Below, in pieces: positions 63,395-64,000 of a stretch of DNA of 64,000 nucleotides. Every line of letters starts with the position of its first letter. Position 1 is the stretch's first letter. A program made the translations under genes and the position numbers. Below the pieces are notes generated by a model. That model was not told the DNA's origin. It saw only the letters and a list, made by a program, of their open reading frames with translations, and ran no database searches. The DNA lies in the NCBI RefSeq assembly GCF_036321535.1, contig NC_087437.1, forward strand, positions 73,906,001 through 73,970,000. Direction: 5' to 3'. Source of the DNA: Camelus dromedarius. Lineage: Eukaryota.

Positions 63395-64000
63395 CTGTAA
63401 AAGGATATAAGTCTGGAAGCTTTTGAAGACTACGATTCTTTTAAGATACAGACATCATTCTTTGTGAAGTGAGAATAAAATCATGCCCTTTATTCATTGT
63501 CAATGGGCCTGCTCTTCCAGAATACATTACTATCTTTTATCTAATAGCCTATTACAGACTGCAGAGCATGGAAAGGCAGTGATATTGCTCAGGGTTTACA
63601 GATTTCATTTTTTATTTCAATGCCATTATTAAATAACCCCTCAGACGGAAATTCAATACTGCCATGCTACACGATAAGCTATGTTAATAGCTCATGTTAT
63701 GCAAGAATCGAGCAATTACTTGAAACTTAACGGCAGGCCTGTGAAAATGTGTAATTGGCCAGATTCTCATCCACAGTAATGTTATGTAGTTGCCTTAGTG
63801 ACAGCAGATTAGAGTGTGGCCTTTCATACAAGGCTTCTGAAGCACAGCCGGTTTACTAAAGAGGGGATTCCCTTTGTATGGTTTTATTGGGATGAGAGCG
63901 AAAGAAATACTTTAAGGAGTGGTTGGTCTGAACAGAAGTTAAAGTGCCACAATGAGATTCAAGCAGTAGAAACAGGACGGTTTTGATTTTCTTTACTCTT

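Noticed and set aside
1..64000. Prokaryotic systems (CRISPR arrays, operons, rRNA)
   Set aside because: The sequence is mammalian; no regularly spaced repeat-spacer array or rRNA motif was seen.

Overview
AT-rich mammalian nuclear DNA, probably camelid (inferred from a tRNA-derived SINE resembling the camelid Vic-type element, repeated young L1 3' ends, and no Alu/B1/Bov-tA seen). There is no intact protein-coding gene; most ORFs in the supplied track are transposon remnants or chance frames. A large share of the window is interspersed repeat: a composite L1MC-type element (3.3-8.3 kb), a decayed ERV-L provirus (11.75-17.06 kb), MLT1/MLT2 LTRs, MIR, L2, CR1 and young L1 3' ends with target-site duplications (TSDs). 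Two features are not explained by the ORF track. (1) A chain of about 18 minus-strand segments from ~63.4 kb down to ~0.6 kb, bounded by AG/GT splice signals, often phase-compatible, with protein-like frames broken by stops and frameshifts. This looks like a large intron-containing (unprocessed, possibly unitary) pseudogene; I do not recognise the protein. (2) A ~475-bp inverted repeat of ~97% identity and no recognisable TE origin (42479-42952 / 44158-44636), which brackets one of these exons and duplicates the acceptor of the next. Exon calls and repeat subfamilies were made by eye; repeat boundaries are approximate.
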